A stretch of DNA of 64,000 nucleotides from an uncultured delta proteobacterium (GTDB lineage Bacteria > Desulfobacterota > Desulfobacteria > Desulfobacterales > Desulfosalsimonadaceae), in assembly GCA_963826785.1 (NCBI GenBank), contig CAWGYD010000004.1, positions 160,001 through 224,000 of the forward strand. Reading direction: 5' to 3'. A program made the translations under genes and the position numbers. The notes below the pieces were generated by a model. That model saw nothing but the letters and a program-made list of their open reading frames with translations. It did no database searches and was not told the origin of the DNA. Of the stretch, positions 31,500 through 41,216 are shown piece by piece. Numbering within the stretch: the first letter of the stretch is position 1; each line of letters starts with the position of its first letter.

Positions 31500-31533
31500 C
31501 CCGTTTTCGATCCTTTCCGGAATGGAAAACGGG
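31500..31533. terminator. Probable terminator between convergent genes
   Basis: CCCGTTTTC...GAAAACGGG inverted repeat. Confidence 0.5.
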
Positions 31534-31602
31534 AGCAGCATTTCAAGAGGGTCAGCGCCGGCCGGATTCGTTTCCAGCCGGCGCTTTGGTGTTCAAAGGG
31601 AC

Positions 31603-33387
31603 TTAATTGGCGGTGCTGGGATACATGCTTTCGATTTCCTGGGCATATTTTTCGTTGACGATCCGGCGCTTCATCTTCATGGTGGGCGTGAGTTCACCGC
31701 CTTCCACCGAAAACTCCTCGGGGATGATCACGAACTTTTTGATGGTCTGCACCCGGGCTAAAGACTTGTTCACCTCTTCCACCTTTGCCATGAGATAGGC
31801 ATTGAACTTGGGGCATTTCGCGGCTTGGGCCATGTTTTTGGCCGGGCTTCCGGCGGCCTGGATTTCGGCTTCGATCTTGTCCGGATCAAGGGTGAACAGG
31901 GCGCTCATGTACTTGCGCCGGTCGCCGATGACCACGACCTGGTTGACCACCGGGATGGCTTTTAGTTTTCCTTCCAGCACCTGGGGCGGGATATTTTCAC
32001 CGCCCGCGGTGATGATCAGCTCCTTCTTCCGGTCGGTGATTTTCAAAAACCCCTTTTCATCGATCTTGCCCACGTCTCCGGAGTGGAGCCACCCGTCTTT
32101 GTCGAGGGACTCCTTCGTGGCTTCCTCGTTTTTAAAATATCCTTTGAACACGTGGCGTCCGCGCATGAGCACTTCCCCGTCTTCGGCGATCTTGATCTCC
32201 GAACCGGGCACCGCCGGACCGGCCCAGCCGATACGGAATTTATTGGGCTGGGGAAGAGACACGGTGCCGGGGCCGGTGCACTCGCTCATGCCGTAGACTT
32301 CCGTGACCGGAACGCCCAGGCTGTGGAAGAATTCCAGGGTGTCTAAAGCAATCGGTGCGGCGGTGGTGATGAAGATCTTGCAGCGGTCCAGTCCCAGTTT
32401 TTCTTTTACCTTGGTAAAGACGATCTTGTCGGCCAGTCCGTACATGAAGGGCATGGAGCCGCCTTCCTGGAACGCATAGGCCCCGGCAAGCCCCTTCTTT
32501 TTGGCCCACAGCGCGATTTTTTTCCGCAGGGGCGGGGCTGCGGCACCGGCCGCCACCATTTTGGCCTGAATCTTTTCCCACACCCGGGGCACGCCCACGA
32601 AAAGCGTGGGGCGGACCTCGGTGAGATTTTCTCCCAGTTTCTCCAGGCTTTCGGCAAACCAGACCGTGGCGCCCAGCTGGTAGGGGGCGTGCAGGCTGAC
32701 CGCCTGTTCGGCGATATGGCTCAAGGGGAGATAGCTGATGATCTGGTCTTCATGATCCGCATCCAGAATACCGATCACCTGCTTGGCCACCCAGACGATG
32801 TTGTCATGACTGATCATGACCCCCTTGGGATTGCCGGTGGTGCCGGACGTATAAATCAGGGTGCAGCAGTCATCCGGCTTCTGGATCTTGATCCGCTCCT
32901 CCAGCTCTTTTTCAGAGACTTTTTTGGCAAGATTGGGAAGATCCGACCATGAATACACCTGCTCGTCCGGATCGGATCCGTTCATCAGGACAATGGCCTT
33001 GAGGTCGGGAAGATCGTTTCGAATCTGTTTGAATTTGGCCAGCTGCTCCGCGTTTTCCACCACGGCGATGTTGGCTTCGCTGTGGTGGGCGATAAAATGG
33101 CACTGTTCGGGGCTGTTGGTGGTGTATATGCCGCCGGGGACGGCACCTGCAAAAATGCCGGCCAGATCGCTGATGAACCACTGGGGGCAGTTGTTTCCCA
33201 GGATGGATACCGCCTTGCCCTTTTCCAGTCCGAGGGCCATGAACGCCCGGGCCGTCGTGCGGACCTGCTGGTAATAGTCTTTCCAGGTCGTTTCCTTCCA
33301 GTCTTCCCCGACTTTGTGTTTCAATGCGATCCGGTCAGCGAATTTGTCCGCTGTTTTTTTAAATTCCGCCATGATCGTCGACTTCAT
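31603..33387 (-). CDS. Long-chain fatty acid--CoA ligase (second paralog)
   Basis: YTSGTTGNPKG, YGMSE, GWLHSGDVG, DRKKELIITAGGEN and LTPTMKMKR. Confidence 0.92.
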   Translation of the reverse strand: MKSTIMAEFKKTADKFADRIALKHKVGEDWKETTWKDYYQQVRTTARAFMALGLEKGKAVSILGNNCPQWFISDLAGIFAGAVPGGIYTTNSPEQCHFIAHHSEANIAVVENAEQLAKFKQIRNDLPDLKAIVLMNGSDPDEQVYSWSDLPNLAKKVSEKELEERIKIQKPDDCCTLIYTSGTTGNPKGVMISHDNIVWVAKQVIGILDADHEDQIISYLPLSHIAEQAVSLHAPYQLGATVWFAESLEKLGENLTEVRPTLFVGVPRVWEKIQAKMVAAGAAAPPLRKKIALWAKKKGLAGAYAFQEGGSMPFMYGLADKIVFTKVKEKLGLDRCKIFITTAAPIALDTLEFFHSLGVPVTEVYGMSECTGPGTVSLPQPNKFRIGWAGPAVPGSEIKIAEDGEVLMRGRHVFKGYFKNEEATKESLDKDGWLHSGDVGKIDEKGFLKITDRKKELIITAGGENIPPQVLEGKLKAIPVVNQVVVIGDRRKYMSALFTLDPDKIEAEIQAAGSPAKNMAQAAKCPKFNAYLMAKVEEVNKSLARVQTIKKFVIIPEEFSVEGGELTPTMKMKRRIVNEKYAQEIESMYPSTAN

Positions 33388-33736
33388 GAACTCCCCCTTT
33401 GGTGAAAAGGTTATTGTTAATGGTCATCCGCCCGGTACATCGTATAAAAGAGCACAATCGAATATGAGCCAATGCAGACGCATATTTTTTTTCGGGGTAA
33501 GAGCCGAGAAGGAATTAATAATCTGAATTTAATTTGTAAATCATTTAAACGGGGGTTTCAACTAAAAATGAACATCATCTTCATTTGTAAACGCTGTTTT
33601 CGGGCAAAGGCAGGGAATCGCTTTGCCTTTTTATCTTTGAAAACCGGGACCAACCGGTATATGTTCCACCGTATTCGGATGAAAGGCGATGTTTGATGAA
33701 ATTAAAATGTCCTAATGAGAATGGAAACCGCTCTCG

Positions 33737-34294
33737 ATGAAAAAAGATCCCGAAAAACAGGTGCACGGCCGCCGCATAGAGGTGGCAACATACGAATATG
33801 ATGGGCAATCGGTGGTGGTGGAAGGACGGCTGACCGATACCCGTTTTCGGAACACCTACTACCTGAGCGGCGAATTGAGGCCCCCCGGCATCGTGCATGA
33901 CCTGATCATCCGCATGCGGGTGACGGGGCCGGACCTGATCATCGAAGACATCGATGTGGAAATGGCGTCGGTACCCCGGGACGACTGCCGGGAAATCGAA
34001 GATTCTTTACGGCCGGTGGTGGGCTTGAAAATCAGCGCGGGGTTTACCGAACGGGTCAAGGCGCTGGTGGGGGGCCCGAGAGGCTGCACCCACCTGGTGG
34101 CGCTGCTGCTGACCATGGCGCCCGCCGCAGTTCAGGGGGCCTGGGCCGCAGTCGCCCAGCGGCCCATCGATTTCGGGAGCTATTCGGAAAAGGCGCTGGA
34201 GATTTTAGAAAACACCTGCTGGATCTGGCGTTCCGAAGGCCCGCTGATCCAGGAATACAAAGAAAAATTCGACCAGGCGAAAACCAGGAAGTGA
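33737..34294 (+). CDS. DUF2889 family protein
   Basis: H.R.I...VEGRLTD, VHDL, P...C, GLKISAGFT, GCTHL and NTC. Confidence 0.85.
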   Translation: MKKDPEKQVHGRRIEVATYEYDGQSVVVEGRLTDTRFRNTYYLSGELRPPGIVHDLIIRMRVTGPDLIIEDIDVEMASVPRDDCREIEDSLRPVVGLKISAGFTERVKALVGGPRGCTHLVALLLTMAPAAVQGAWAAVAQRPIDFGSYSEKALEILENTCWIWRSEGPLIQEYKEKFDQAKTRK

Positions 34295-34301
34295 TGTTGC
34301 A

Positions 34302-35792
34302 CTACCCGCTGTGAAATTCGCGTTTCAATAGCGCGGCCCCGATGGCAGGGGATTGATATGCGGTCTGCTCCCCTTCAAGCCAGCCCGTGAGATCCGGAGT
34401 CGGCAGACGGGGCCCCGCACCGGCGAGATACAGGATGATTCCGAAAAGAGTCGTTGCCCCGGTGAGCAGGATGGTGACCCAGATGGCGCGTTTGAGGCCC
34501 TCCAGTGTTATTTCTGCTCCTCCTGAGGATGCCACCTGGAGCATCACCGGGCCGAGGATGAAATCAGCTTCCGAGCGCACGAGTTCCACCAGTGCGATGG
34601 TCCGCCCCACCATTTTGACCGGAAGGGAAAAACTGGCCATGATCAGTCCGGGGGCCACTGTGGCGCCGGCGCCGAGCCCGAGCAGTCCGGCGGTTCCGAG
34701 CAGAATGGCATGTGACCCCTGGGGCGAAAGAAAGAGCATCGTAATGCCGCCGGCCATGATCAGGATCATGCCTGCCAGGGTCAGCAGCGGCAGAAAACGT
34801 GTTCGCAGAAGAGCGCCCAGCAGGAATGCCGTTATCAGCACACCGGCAATCTGGGGCCAGAATGCCAGCCCGGCTTCAAGCGGGGAACGGCCCAGAATTT
34901 CAATTAAATAGCGCTCGGAAAGCATCAGAAGTGAAATAAACGCGCCGCCGCCGATGCTGGCGGCAATCAGCCCGAGCAGCGGATAGGTGTGCCACATCGG
35001 CTTGACCGGCGCAAGCGGTTCTTTTTTGTGATATTGCGTCAGCAGAAGGGCGATGAGGCAGGCCAACCCTGCGGCCAGCGGTACTGCAAAAATGTATGAA
35101 GAGAGTTTGTGGCCGGTCAGCTCCCCGGTGGCCCAGAACGGCAGCACGGTTGCGGCAAATGCCAGCGGGAAGGCCGCCCGGTCATAGGGCAGATCGGGGT
35201 TGAACGGCTTCTGGTCCGGCAGGGTAAAAAGCGCAGCCGTAAATACACCGGCGCCGATTCCCGCCAGCCCTGCGTAGAACCAGCGCCAGGATTCATAGTA
35301 GGCAACCGTTCCGCCGATCATGGGGCCGATCGTCACCGCACCGAAAAAGCCGATGTTGACGGCGGTCGCCGTTCTCGGCAGCCGTTCCGGAGGAAAACGC
35401 CGGAACACCGGCGGCAAAGCCGATACCAGCAGCATCCCGGTGGCCAGACCGGTCAGGACGCGTCCGGCCCCGTACACGAGAACCCCTCCCGATACCGCAG
35501 CCAGCAGGCATCCGATAATAAAGAGGATTTCGCAGGACAAAAAAAGCGTGCGCTGGGAGAGCCGCTGGGTTAAATCACCGCCGAGCAGGGCGCCGAACGC
35601 ATATCCTGCCGTCGACAGCCCGGATATGATTTCAATGCCGTTCAGGCCGGCCCCCAGTTCGGAGACGATCTGATCCCGGTACAGGGATGCTGCGGTGGTC
35701 AGGACAATGAAAGGGGAAATTGCAAGTATCGCGATGGTCAGCATGGCACCATAGCTGCCGGCAAACGGGCGGGGTATGGATATGCGCTTCAT
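34302..35792 (-). CDS. MFS transporter
   Basis: Many hydrophobic helices; GRVLTGLATG and IGPMIGG....ESWRWFY. Confidence 0.85.
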   Translation of the reverse strand: MKRISIPRPFAGSYGAMLTIAILAISPFIVLTTAASLYRDQIVSELGAGLNGIEIISGLSTAGYAFGALLGGDLTQRLSQRTLFLSCEILFIIGCLLAAVSGGVLVYGAGRVLTGLATGMLLVSALPPVFRRFPPERLPRTATAVNIGFFGAVTIGPMIGGTVAYYESWRWFYAGLAGIGAGVFTAALFTLPDQKPFNPDLPYDRAAFPLAFAATVLPFWATGELTGHKLSSYIFAVPLAAGLACLIALLLTQYHKKEPLAPVKPMWHTYPLLGLIAASIGGGAFISLLMLSERYLIEILGRSPLEAGLAFWPQIAGVLITAFLLGALLRTRFLPLLTLAGMILIMAGGITMLFLSPQGSHAILLGTAGLLGLGAGATVAPGLIMASFSLPVKMVGRTIALVELVRSEADFILGPVMLQVASSGGAEITLEGLKRAIWVTILLTGATTLFGIILYLAGAGPRLPTPDLTGWLEGEQTAYQSPAIGAALLKREFHSG

Positions 35793-36044
35793 GGGGCTCC
35801 CTCCTGGGGCAGGTTTCCTGTTCCATTTCTTTATAATCGCCCTTGAATGGGATCGGAATGGGGTCGGTGCTGTATTTGCTCAAAAGGGAGTTGGGATATA
35901 CAAAGACCGGGAGTGGTATGGCGGTGCTGCAATGATGTTTCTCCTACAAAAAAAAACGCAAAGAAAGGTATTTAACAAAAAACCCCTTTGCTTTGCGCGA
36001 TTGCGGGAGAGATTATAATTTTTTAGATCAGAAGGCCGATGATT

Positions 36045-37355
36045 TTATCGACGACGGCTTCCTTTTCCGGAGGCAAAAACGGGCATGACGCCCGTGGCCG
36101 CGTCCCGATTCGGAAACCTTCCGTCCCTGCGGGAGGCGGTCGGCTGCTTGGCCGGAGCCTGCCGGTGACCGGTGGAAGGCTTGCGGTTGCCCGGATTCTG
36201 GATCGAAGATCGTTTAAACGGATCGGCTTTTGTGGGTGAATTATAATTGAAATCGGACAGGGTCCTGCGTTCGATGGCTGATCCGATGACCCTGTCGATG
36301 GCCCGGACCATCTGGGTGTCTTCCGCAGTGATCAGGGTAAAGGCGTCGCCCGTACGGGCCGCCCGACCGGTGCGGCCGATGCGGTGGATGTAGGCATCGG
36401 GGGTGTTGGGAATATCATAGTTGATCACGTGTGAAACATTGGCGATATCGATCCCCCGCGCGGCGATGTCGGTGGCCACCAGAATCTGGTAGGTTCCGTT
36501 GCGAAAGCCGTTAATGGCATCCTGCCGCCGGTTTTGTGAAAGGTTTCCCTGCAACGATGCGGTTTTGTATCCGGCCCGGCTCAGCTGTTCACCCAGGCGT
36601 TTGGCCCGGTGTTTGGTGCGGGTGAAGACCAGGACGGAATCGGTCCGGGTCTGCTCAAGCAGCTTGAGCAAAAGCGGTGTCTTCAAATGTTGGGAAACAG
36701 GAAAGAGCGCATGGGAAACGGTTTCTGCCGGTGCGGTGATCCCCACCTGGACAGTGACCGGATCGGTCAGGCTTTCGCCTGCCAGACTCCGGATTTCCTG
36801 CGGCATGGTGGCGGAAAAAAGCAGGGTCTGCCGTTTTGCCGGTATTTGTTTCAGGATGCGCCGGATGTCGGGCAGAAATCCCATGTCGAACATGTGATCG
36901 GCTTCGTCCAGCACCAGTACTTCAAGGGCGGAAAGGTCGACTGTTTTACGGCCGATATGGTCGAGGAGACGGCCGGGGCAGGCCACGATGACATCGGCCC
37001 TTTTGCCCGATTTGATCTGCGGGCCGATGGCCACGCCGCCGTAAATGGCCAGGCTTTTCAGGCCGGTCTTTTTCCCCAGGACCCCGATGGCATCGTGGAT
37101 CTGTTCGGCCAGTTCACGGGTGGGCGCAACGATGAGGGCGCGGGTGGTTCCCCGTTTGCCGTCAATCAGGCGGTTTAAAATCGGCAGTACGAAAGCGGCT
37201 GTTTTGCCGGTGCCGGTCTGAGCCAGGCCCATGACGTCCTTGCCGGCCATAACCGGGGGAATGGCCTGGGTCTGAATGGGGGTGGGGACAGTGTATCCGG
37301 CGGCGGTAACGCCTGCCGCGACAGCGGGATGGAGCTTAAACGTTTGGAAACTCAT
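36045..37355 (-). CDS. DEAD-box ATP-dependent RNA helicase (RhlE-like)
   Basis: PTPIQ, AQTGTGKT, PTRELA, DEAD, SAT and HRIGRTGR; start MSFQTF at 37355. Confidence 0.95.
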   Translation of the reverse strand: MSFQTFKLHPAVAAGVTAAGYTVPTPIQTQAIPPVMAGKDVMGLAQTGTGKTAAFVLPILNRLIDGKRGTTRALIVAPTRELAEQIHDAIGVLGKKTGLKSLAIYGGVAIGPQIKSGKRADVIVACPGRLLDHIGRKTVDLSALEVLVLDEADHMFDMGFLPDIRRILKQIPAKRQTLLFSATMPQEIRSLAGESLTDPVTVQVGITAPAETVSHALFPVSQHLKTPLLLKLLEQTRTDSVLVFTRTKHRAKRLGEQLSRAGYKTASLQGNLSQNRRQDAINGFRNGTYQILVATDIAARGIDIANVSHVINYDIPNTPDAYIHRIGRTGRAARTGDAFTLITAEDTQMVRAIDRVIGSAIERRTLSDFNYNSPTKADPFKRSSIQNPGNRKPSTGHRQAPAKQPTASRRDGRFPNRDAATGVMPVFASGKGSRRR

Positions 37356-37380
37356 AAAACCTCTTCTTGTGAGTGAGCAT

Positions 37381-37411
37381 AAAAAAAGCCCCGGAATTTG
37401 TTCCGGGGCTT
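37381..37411 (-). terminator. Intrinsic terminator inside the 5' leader of the DEAD-box helicase gene
   Basis: Minus strand AAGCCCCGGAA-CAAA-TTCCGGGGCTT followed by a T run. Confidence 0.75.
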
Positions 37412-37452
37412 GCAATTTCTTTTGATTTGTCCAGGAAAAACTACGATGGGCA

Positions 37453-37481
37453 AAGATAGAGGCTGATAAGGATATTGTCAA
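37453..37481 (-). promoter_or_regulatory. Putative sigma70 promoter of the helicase gene
   Basis: TTGACA (37481-37476), 17 bp, TATCTT (37458-37453). Confidence 0.65.
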
Positions 37482-37714
37482 CATAAATCTTTGCCGACAA
37501 CGTAAAAAGCGTAATTATGCCCTTCAATTGTGTCCTTTTTTACCCGTCCGTCAGCGGCGCCTCCCTATGATGTATGAGCGAGCGGACGGTTATTCGGAAA
37601 AACGGCAAGCGTTTAAATCTCTTTCTCTTCTCAATCCCTTATAATTCCGGCTTTAAAATCATTGAATGACTGGGCCTTTTCCGGGGTCAACCGGAAATTT
37701 TTTGGGTTAAGGGC

Positions 37715-37752
37715 TTGACAAGCAGCGGCAGTCCGGGTTAATGGTAGTACCA
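37715..37752 (+). promoter_or_regulatory. Putative sigma70 promoter with overlapping FadR-type GntR operator
   Basis: TTGACA at 37715-37720, GTTAAT at 37737-37742, palindrome TGGTAGTACCA at 37742-37752. Confidence 0.65.
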
Positions 37753-37904
37753 ATGCACATGCTGGATTAAAAATCGTAACCGAATCTTTAATTAAACTTA
37801 TCTGAATTAATGGCTAAATTTAATTAAAGGGGTTCCGGCTAAAATTTTAAACATCGATAATCAAGCTGTTTTTATCAGGTTAAAGTAGGACCATTTGAAC
37901 CGAA

Positions 37905-38693
37905 ATGACGGGTACCATGAATTATAAAGATACCATTTTCAGTCCCGCCCAGGTCGGCAGGGCCGGCGAAGATATCGCGCTGCAGATCGAGGCGGCCATT
38001 ATCGGCGGAAAGATTGATCCCGGAGAACGCCTGCCCAGTGAGCGGGATCTGCAGGTGCAGTTTCACACGTGCCGGGGCGTGATCCGGGAAGCCCTGGGCG
38101 CATTGAAACAAAAGGGCCTGATCGAGATCAAAAAGGGCGCCAAGGGCGGGGCGTTCGTCAAAGAGGTGGAAATGAGACTGGTCAGCGAATCGCTTGCCCT
38201 GTTTTTAAAACAGCGGCAGGTGGACCCGGCCTATCTCATCGAGTTTCGCGAAAGCCTCGACCGGACCATCACGACCCTGGCGATCGCCCGGGGAACGCTT
38301 GCGGAAAAAGAACAGCTGGTGGCCGGCGCAGAGTGTCTGCTCAAGGAACTCAAAAAGATCGAACCGGACATGGAATCGGTGTTTGAGATCGACCGGAACC
38401 TGAACCTGCTTCTGGCGCAAATGACGAAAAACCCGCTGTTCGACTGGATCATGCGGGCCATACAGTCGGGATTGAGCTCCTATGACCACCCCTTGTATAC
38501 CCATCCGGATTATCGGGAACGAACCGCGATCAACTGGCTGGAAACGGCCCGGGGAATCGCTCAAAACGAGCCGCTGCGCGCCCTTTCGGTTATCGGGTAT
38601 CATTATGTCATGCTGCGCGATTGTCTGGCAGCGCAATCGGCGCACCAGGATCAAACCGACGAATTTGCAGTAAATCATACGGAAACACAGTGA
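37905..38693 (+). CDS. GntR family (FadR subfamily) transcriptional regulator
   Basis: PGERLPSERDL...R..IREAL..L...GLIEIKKG.KGGAFV; FCD-like C-terminus. Confidence 0.92.
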   Translation: MTGTMNYKDTIFSPAQVGRAGEDIALQIEAAIIGGKIDPGERLPSERDLQVQFHTCRGVIREALGALKQKGLIEIKKGAKGGAFVKEVEMRLVSESLALFLKQRQVDPAYLIEFRESLDRTITTLAIARGTLAEKEQLVAGAECLLKELKKIEPDMESVFEIDRNLNLLLAQMTKNPLFDWIMRAIQSGLSSYDHPLYTHPDYRERTAINWLETARGIAQNEPLRALSVIGYHYVMLRDCLAAQSAHQDQTDEFAVNHTETQ

Positions 38694-38756
38694 TGCGGGC
38701 GCGCCCGGCGAACGGGATCAAAAACGCGCCTGCGCATCCGAAGGAAGTATCGATAC

Positions 38757-39476
38757 ATGTTACAGGCATCTCATCTCACTAAAAAATTCGGGGAACTGGT
38801 TGCGGTAAATGATCTGAGCTTCCGCGTGGAAACGGGTCAGGTGTATGGCATTGCCGGCCCCAATGGGGCTGGGAAATCAACGGTCTACAACCTGATCACC
38901 GGAAATTACGCGTTTGAGGGGGATATCACGTTTAACGGAACGAGCATTTCCGGGATGCCCCCCCACAAGATCGCCCAGCTGGGCATTTCACGCACCTTCC
39001 AGATTCCCCAGACCTTTCCCAGCCTCACGGTGGAGCAGACCCTGGGCGTGGGATCCCGCTTTGGTGACGATCAGGGCTATGACGCCGGGTTTGTGGATGA
39101 AATCCTGGCGTTTCTGGACCTGGAGGAAGACCGCCACCGGATGACCGGCGATCTCAATCTTCTGGGCAAGAAAAAACTCATGATCGGCGCGGCACTGGCC
39201 ACCCGCCCGAAAATACTGCTGCTCGACGAGCCCATGGCCGGCTCCAATGCCCATGAAATCCGGGCACTCATGGACCTGATCCGGCGCATCAACGAAGACA
39301 TGGGGGTTACCATCATCATCATCGAACATTTCATGAAAGTGCTCACCGAACTCACCGAAAGGCTGCTCATCATCGAAGCCGGCACCCAGGTTGCGGAAGG
39401 CGACCCGGACGAGGTGACCAGTGATCCCGAGGTGATCGAATGCTATCTGGGCGATGCGTATGCTGACGGCAACTGA
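38757..39476 (+). CDS. LIV-type ABC transporter ATP-binding protein (LivG-like)
   Basis: GPNGAGKST, RTFQIP, LLLDEP and IIEH. Confidence 0.93.
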   Translation: MLQASHLTKKFGELVAVNDLSFRVETGQVYGIAGPNGAGKSTVYNLITGNYAFEGDITFNGTSISGMPPHKIAQLGISRTFQIPQTFPSLTVEQTLGVGSRFGDDQGYDAGFVDEILAFLDLEEDRHRMTGDLNLLGKKKLMIGAALATRPKILLLDEPMAGSNAHEIRALMDLIRRINEDMGVTIIIIEHFMKVLTELTERLLIIEAGTQVAEGDPDEVTSDPEVIECYLGDAYADGN

Positions 39477-40164
39477 TGTAAATGCCTACTACGGCCAGTT
39501 CCATGTGCTGCACGGGGTTTCGTGCAGGGTGCGCAAGGGCGAAGTGGTGGTCATGCTGGGCCCCAACGGCCACGGCAAGAGCACGCTTTTAAAATCCATC
39601 TGCGGTCTGGTGGACCGGGTGGAAGGCACCATCACCTATAAAGGAGACAATATTTCCGGGCTGTCTGCGGAAAAGCTGGTCAACCGGGGGGTGATCTATA
39701 TCGCGGAAAACCGGGAACTGTTCGGCGACATGACGGTGCTGGAGAATCTGAAACTGGGGGCGTACTCCCCCAACGCGCGCCCGGCGGAAAAGAAAAACCT
39801 GGCCCAGGTGTTTGACCTTTTTCCCCGCCTGGCCGAACGGAAAAAGCAGATCGCCTCCACCATGAGCGGCGGGGAAGCCCGCATGCTGGCCATCGCCAGG
39901 GGGCTGATGTCCAATGCGGATTTTTTGTGCATCGACGAACCTTCCCTGGGCCTGCAGCCGAACCTTCGAGTGGAAGTCTTCAATATCATAAAGGAAATAA
40001 ACCGGCAGGGTAAATCCATCCTGCTGGTGGAACAGAACATTCCCCAGATTGCCGAACTGGCGGACCGGATTTATGTGCTGGAAGAAGGGTGCATCACCTT
40101 CGAGGGGGATGCCGAAGCCGCCGCCCGGGATGATCACCTGAAAGAAATTTTTTTGGGAATGTAA
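39454..40164 (+). CDS. LIV-type ABC transporter ATP-binding protein (LivF-like)
   Basis: GPNGHGKST, LFPRLAER, MSGGE, DEPSLGL.P and LVEQN. Confidence 0.93.
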   Translation: MRMLTATDVNAYYGQFHVLHGVSCRVRKGEVVVMLGPNGHGKSTLLKSICGLVDRVEGTITYKGDNISGLSAEKLVNRGVIYIAENRELFGDMTVLENLKLGAYSPNARPAEKKNLAQVFDLFPRLAERKKQIASTMSGGEARMLAIARGLMSNADFLCIDEPSLGLQPNLRVEVFNIIKEINRQGKSILLVEQNIPQIAELADRIYVLEEGCITFEGDAEAAARDDHLKEIFLGM

Positions 40165-40180
40165 TCGGAAGAAAAGAAAC

Positions 40181-41056
40181 ATGCTCCTTGAATATCTGGA
40201 TGTCTTTATCAGCGGCCTGACCAACGGTTCCGTATATGCGCTCATGGCCGTCGGCCTGACGCTGGTGTACGGTGTGAGCCGGGCGTTTAACTTCGCCTAC
40301 GGTTCGTTTTTCAGTCTGGGCGGTTATGTCGCCTGGGTTTTCATGATGTATCTGGGTGTGCGGGGCGGTTACATCATGGTCTTTTTCCTGTCCATACCGC
40401 TTCTGATGGTCTTCGGGTATTTCACCGAAAAGCTGATCGTCGCCCCTTTGCGAAAACGCTCGGACTGGGAAGTCAAGGTCATGATGATCACCCTGGGACT
40501 GGCGCTGTTTATGGACAATGGCTTCCAGGTCCTTTTCGGCCCGCGCATGAAGTCGCTTCCGCCCATCATGGAAGGCGCCATCCAGGCGGGGGATGTTTTC
40601 ATCTCCAACCAGGACCTGATGATTTTTATCCTGTCGATTTCAGGCATCCTCGCTTTCCGCTGGCTGCTCAACAACACCCGCATCGGCATGGCGGTCCGTG
40701 CCGTGGCCCAGAATCCGGCGGGTGCGCAGATTGTCGGAATTCCCAAAGACAAGATTTTCGCGGCCACTTTTGCCATATCCACGGTCATGGTGGGCACGGG
40801 GGGCATCCTGCTGGCGCAGAAATATTTTGTTTCTCCCACCGGCGGCTGGGACATCCTGGTCAAATCATGGGTGATCACGGCATTCGGCGGCATGGGCTCA
40901 ATCCGCGGAGGCCTGTATGCGGCCTTTATCCTGGGGATGCTCGAAGCGTTTGTGGGCTACTGGTTCGGCCTGAACTGGGTCCTTTTTGCCCTGTTCGCCG
41001 TGCTGCTCACCACCCTGGCCATCCGGCCACAGGGGCTCATGGGAAAGTGGGGCTGA
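40181..41056 (+). CDS. LIV-type ABC transporter permease (LivH-like)
   Basis: GSVYALMAVGLTLVYG...NFA.G, GMAVRAVAQN and RPQGLMG. Confidence 0.92.
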   Translation: MLLEYLDVFISGLTNGSVYALMAVGLTLVYGVSRAFNFAYGSFFSLGGYVAWVFMMYLGVRGGYIMVFFLSIPLLMVFGYFTEKLIVAPLRKRSDWEVKVMMITLGLALFMDNGFQVLFGPRMKSLPPIMEGAIQAGDVFISNQDLMIFILSISGILAFRWLLNNTRIGMAVRAVAQNPAGAQIVGIPKDKIFAATFAISTVMVGTGGILLAQKYFVSPTGGWDILVKSWVITAFGGMGSIRGGLYAAFILGMLEAFVGYWFGLNWVLFALFAVLLTTLAIRPQGLMGKWG

Positions 41057-41180
41057 TGGCGAAGTTAAAAGGACCATCTACGGCGTTGCAGCCATTTTTC
41101 ATCCGCTCAACATACGCGGTGTATGCCCTCGCGGATGAAAAATGGCGCGTCTTGTATATGGGCCTTTTAACTTCGCCATC
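41055..41180. mobile_element. 126-bp MITE-like palindromic element inside the ABC operon
   Basis: Ends GATGGCGAAGTTAAAAGG / CCTTTTAACTTCGCCATC; inner arms GCCATTTTTCATCCGC / GCGGATGAAAAATGGC. Confidence 0.75.
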
Positions 41181-41216
41181 CCATTAATCCCCTAATGGTT
41201 AGGAAGTAAGAACCTT

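Noticed and set aside
35950..36012. CGCAAAG...CTTTGCG inverted motif after the helicase gene
   Set aside because: Too short and degenerate to call as a repeat family or terminator from one copy.
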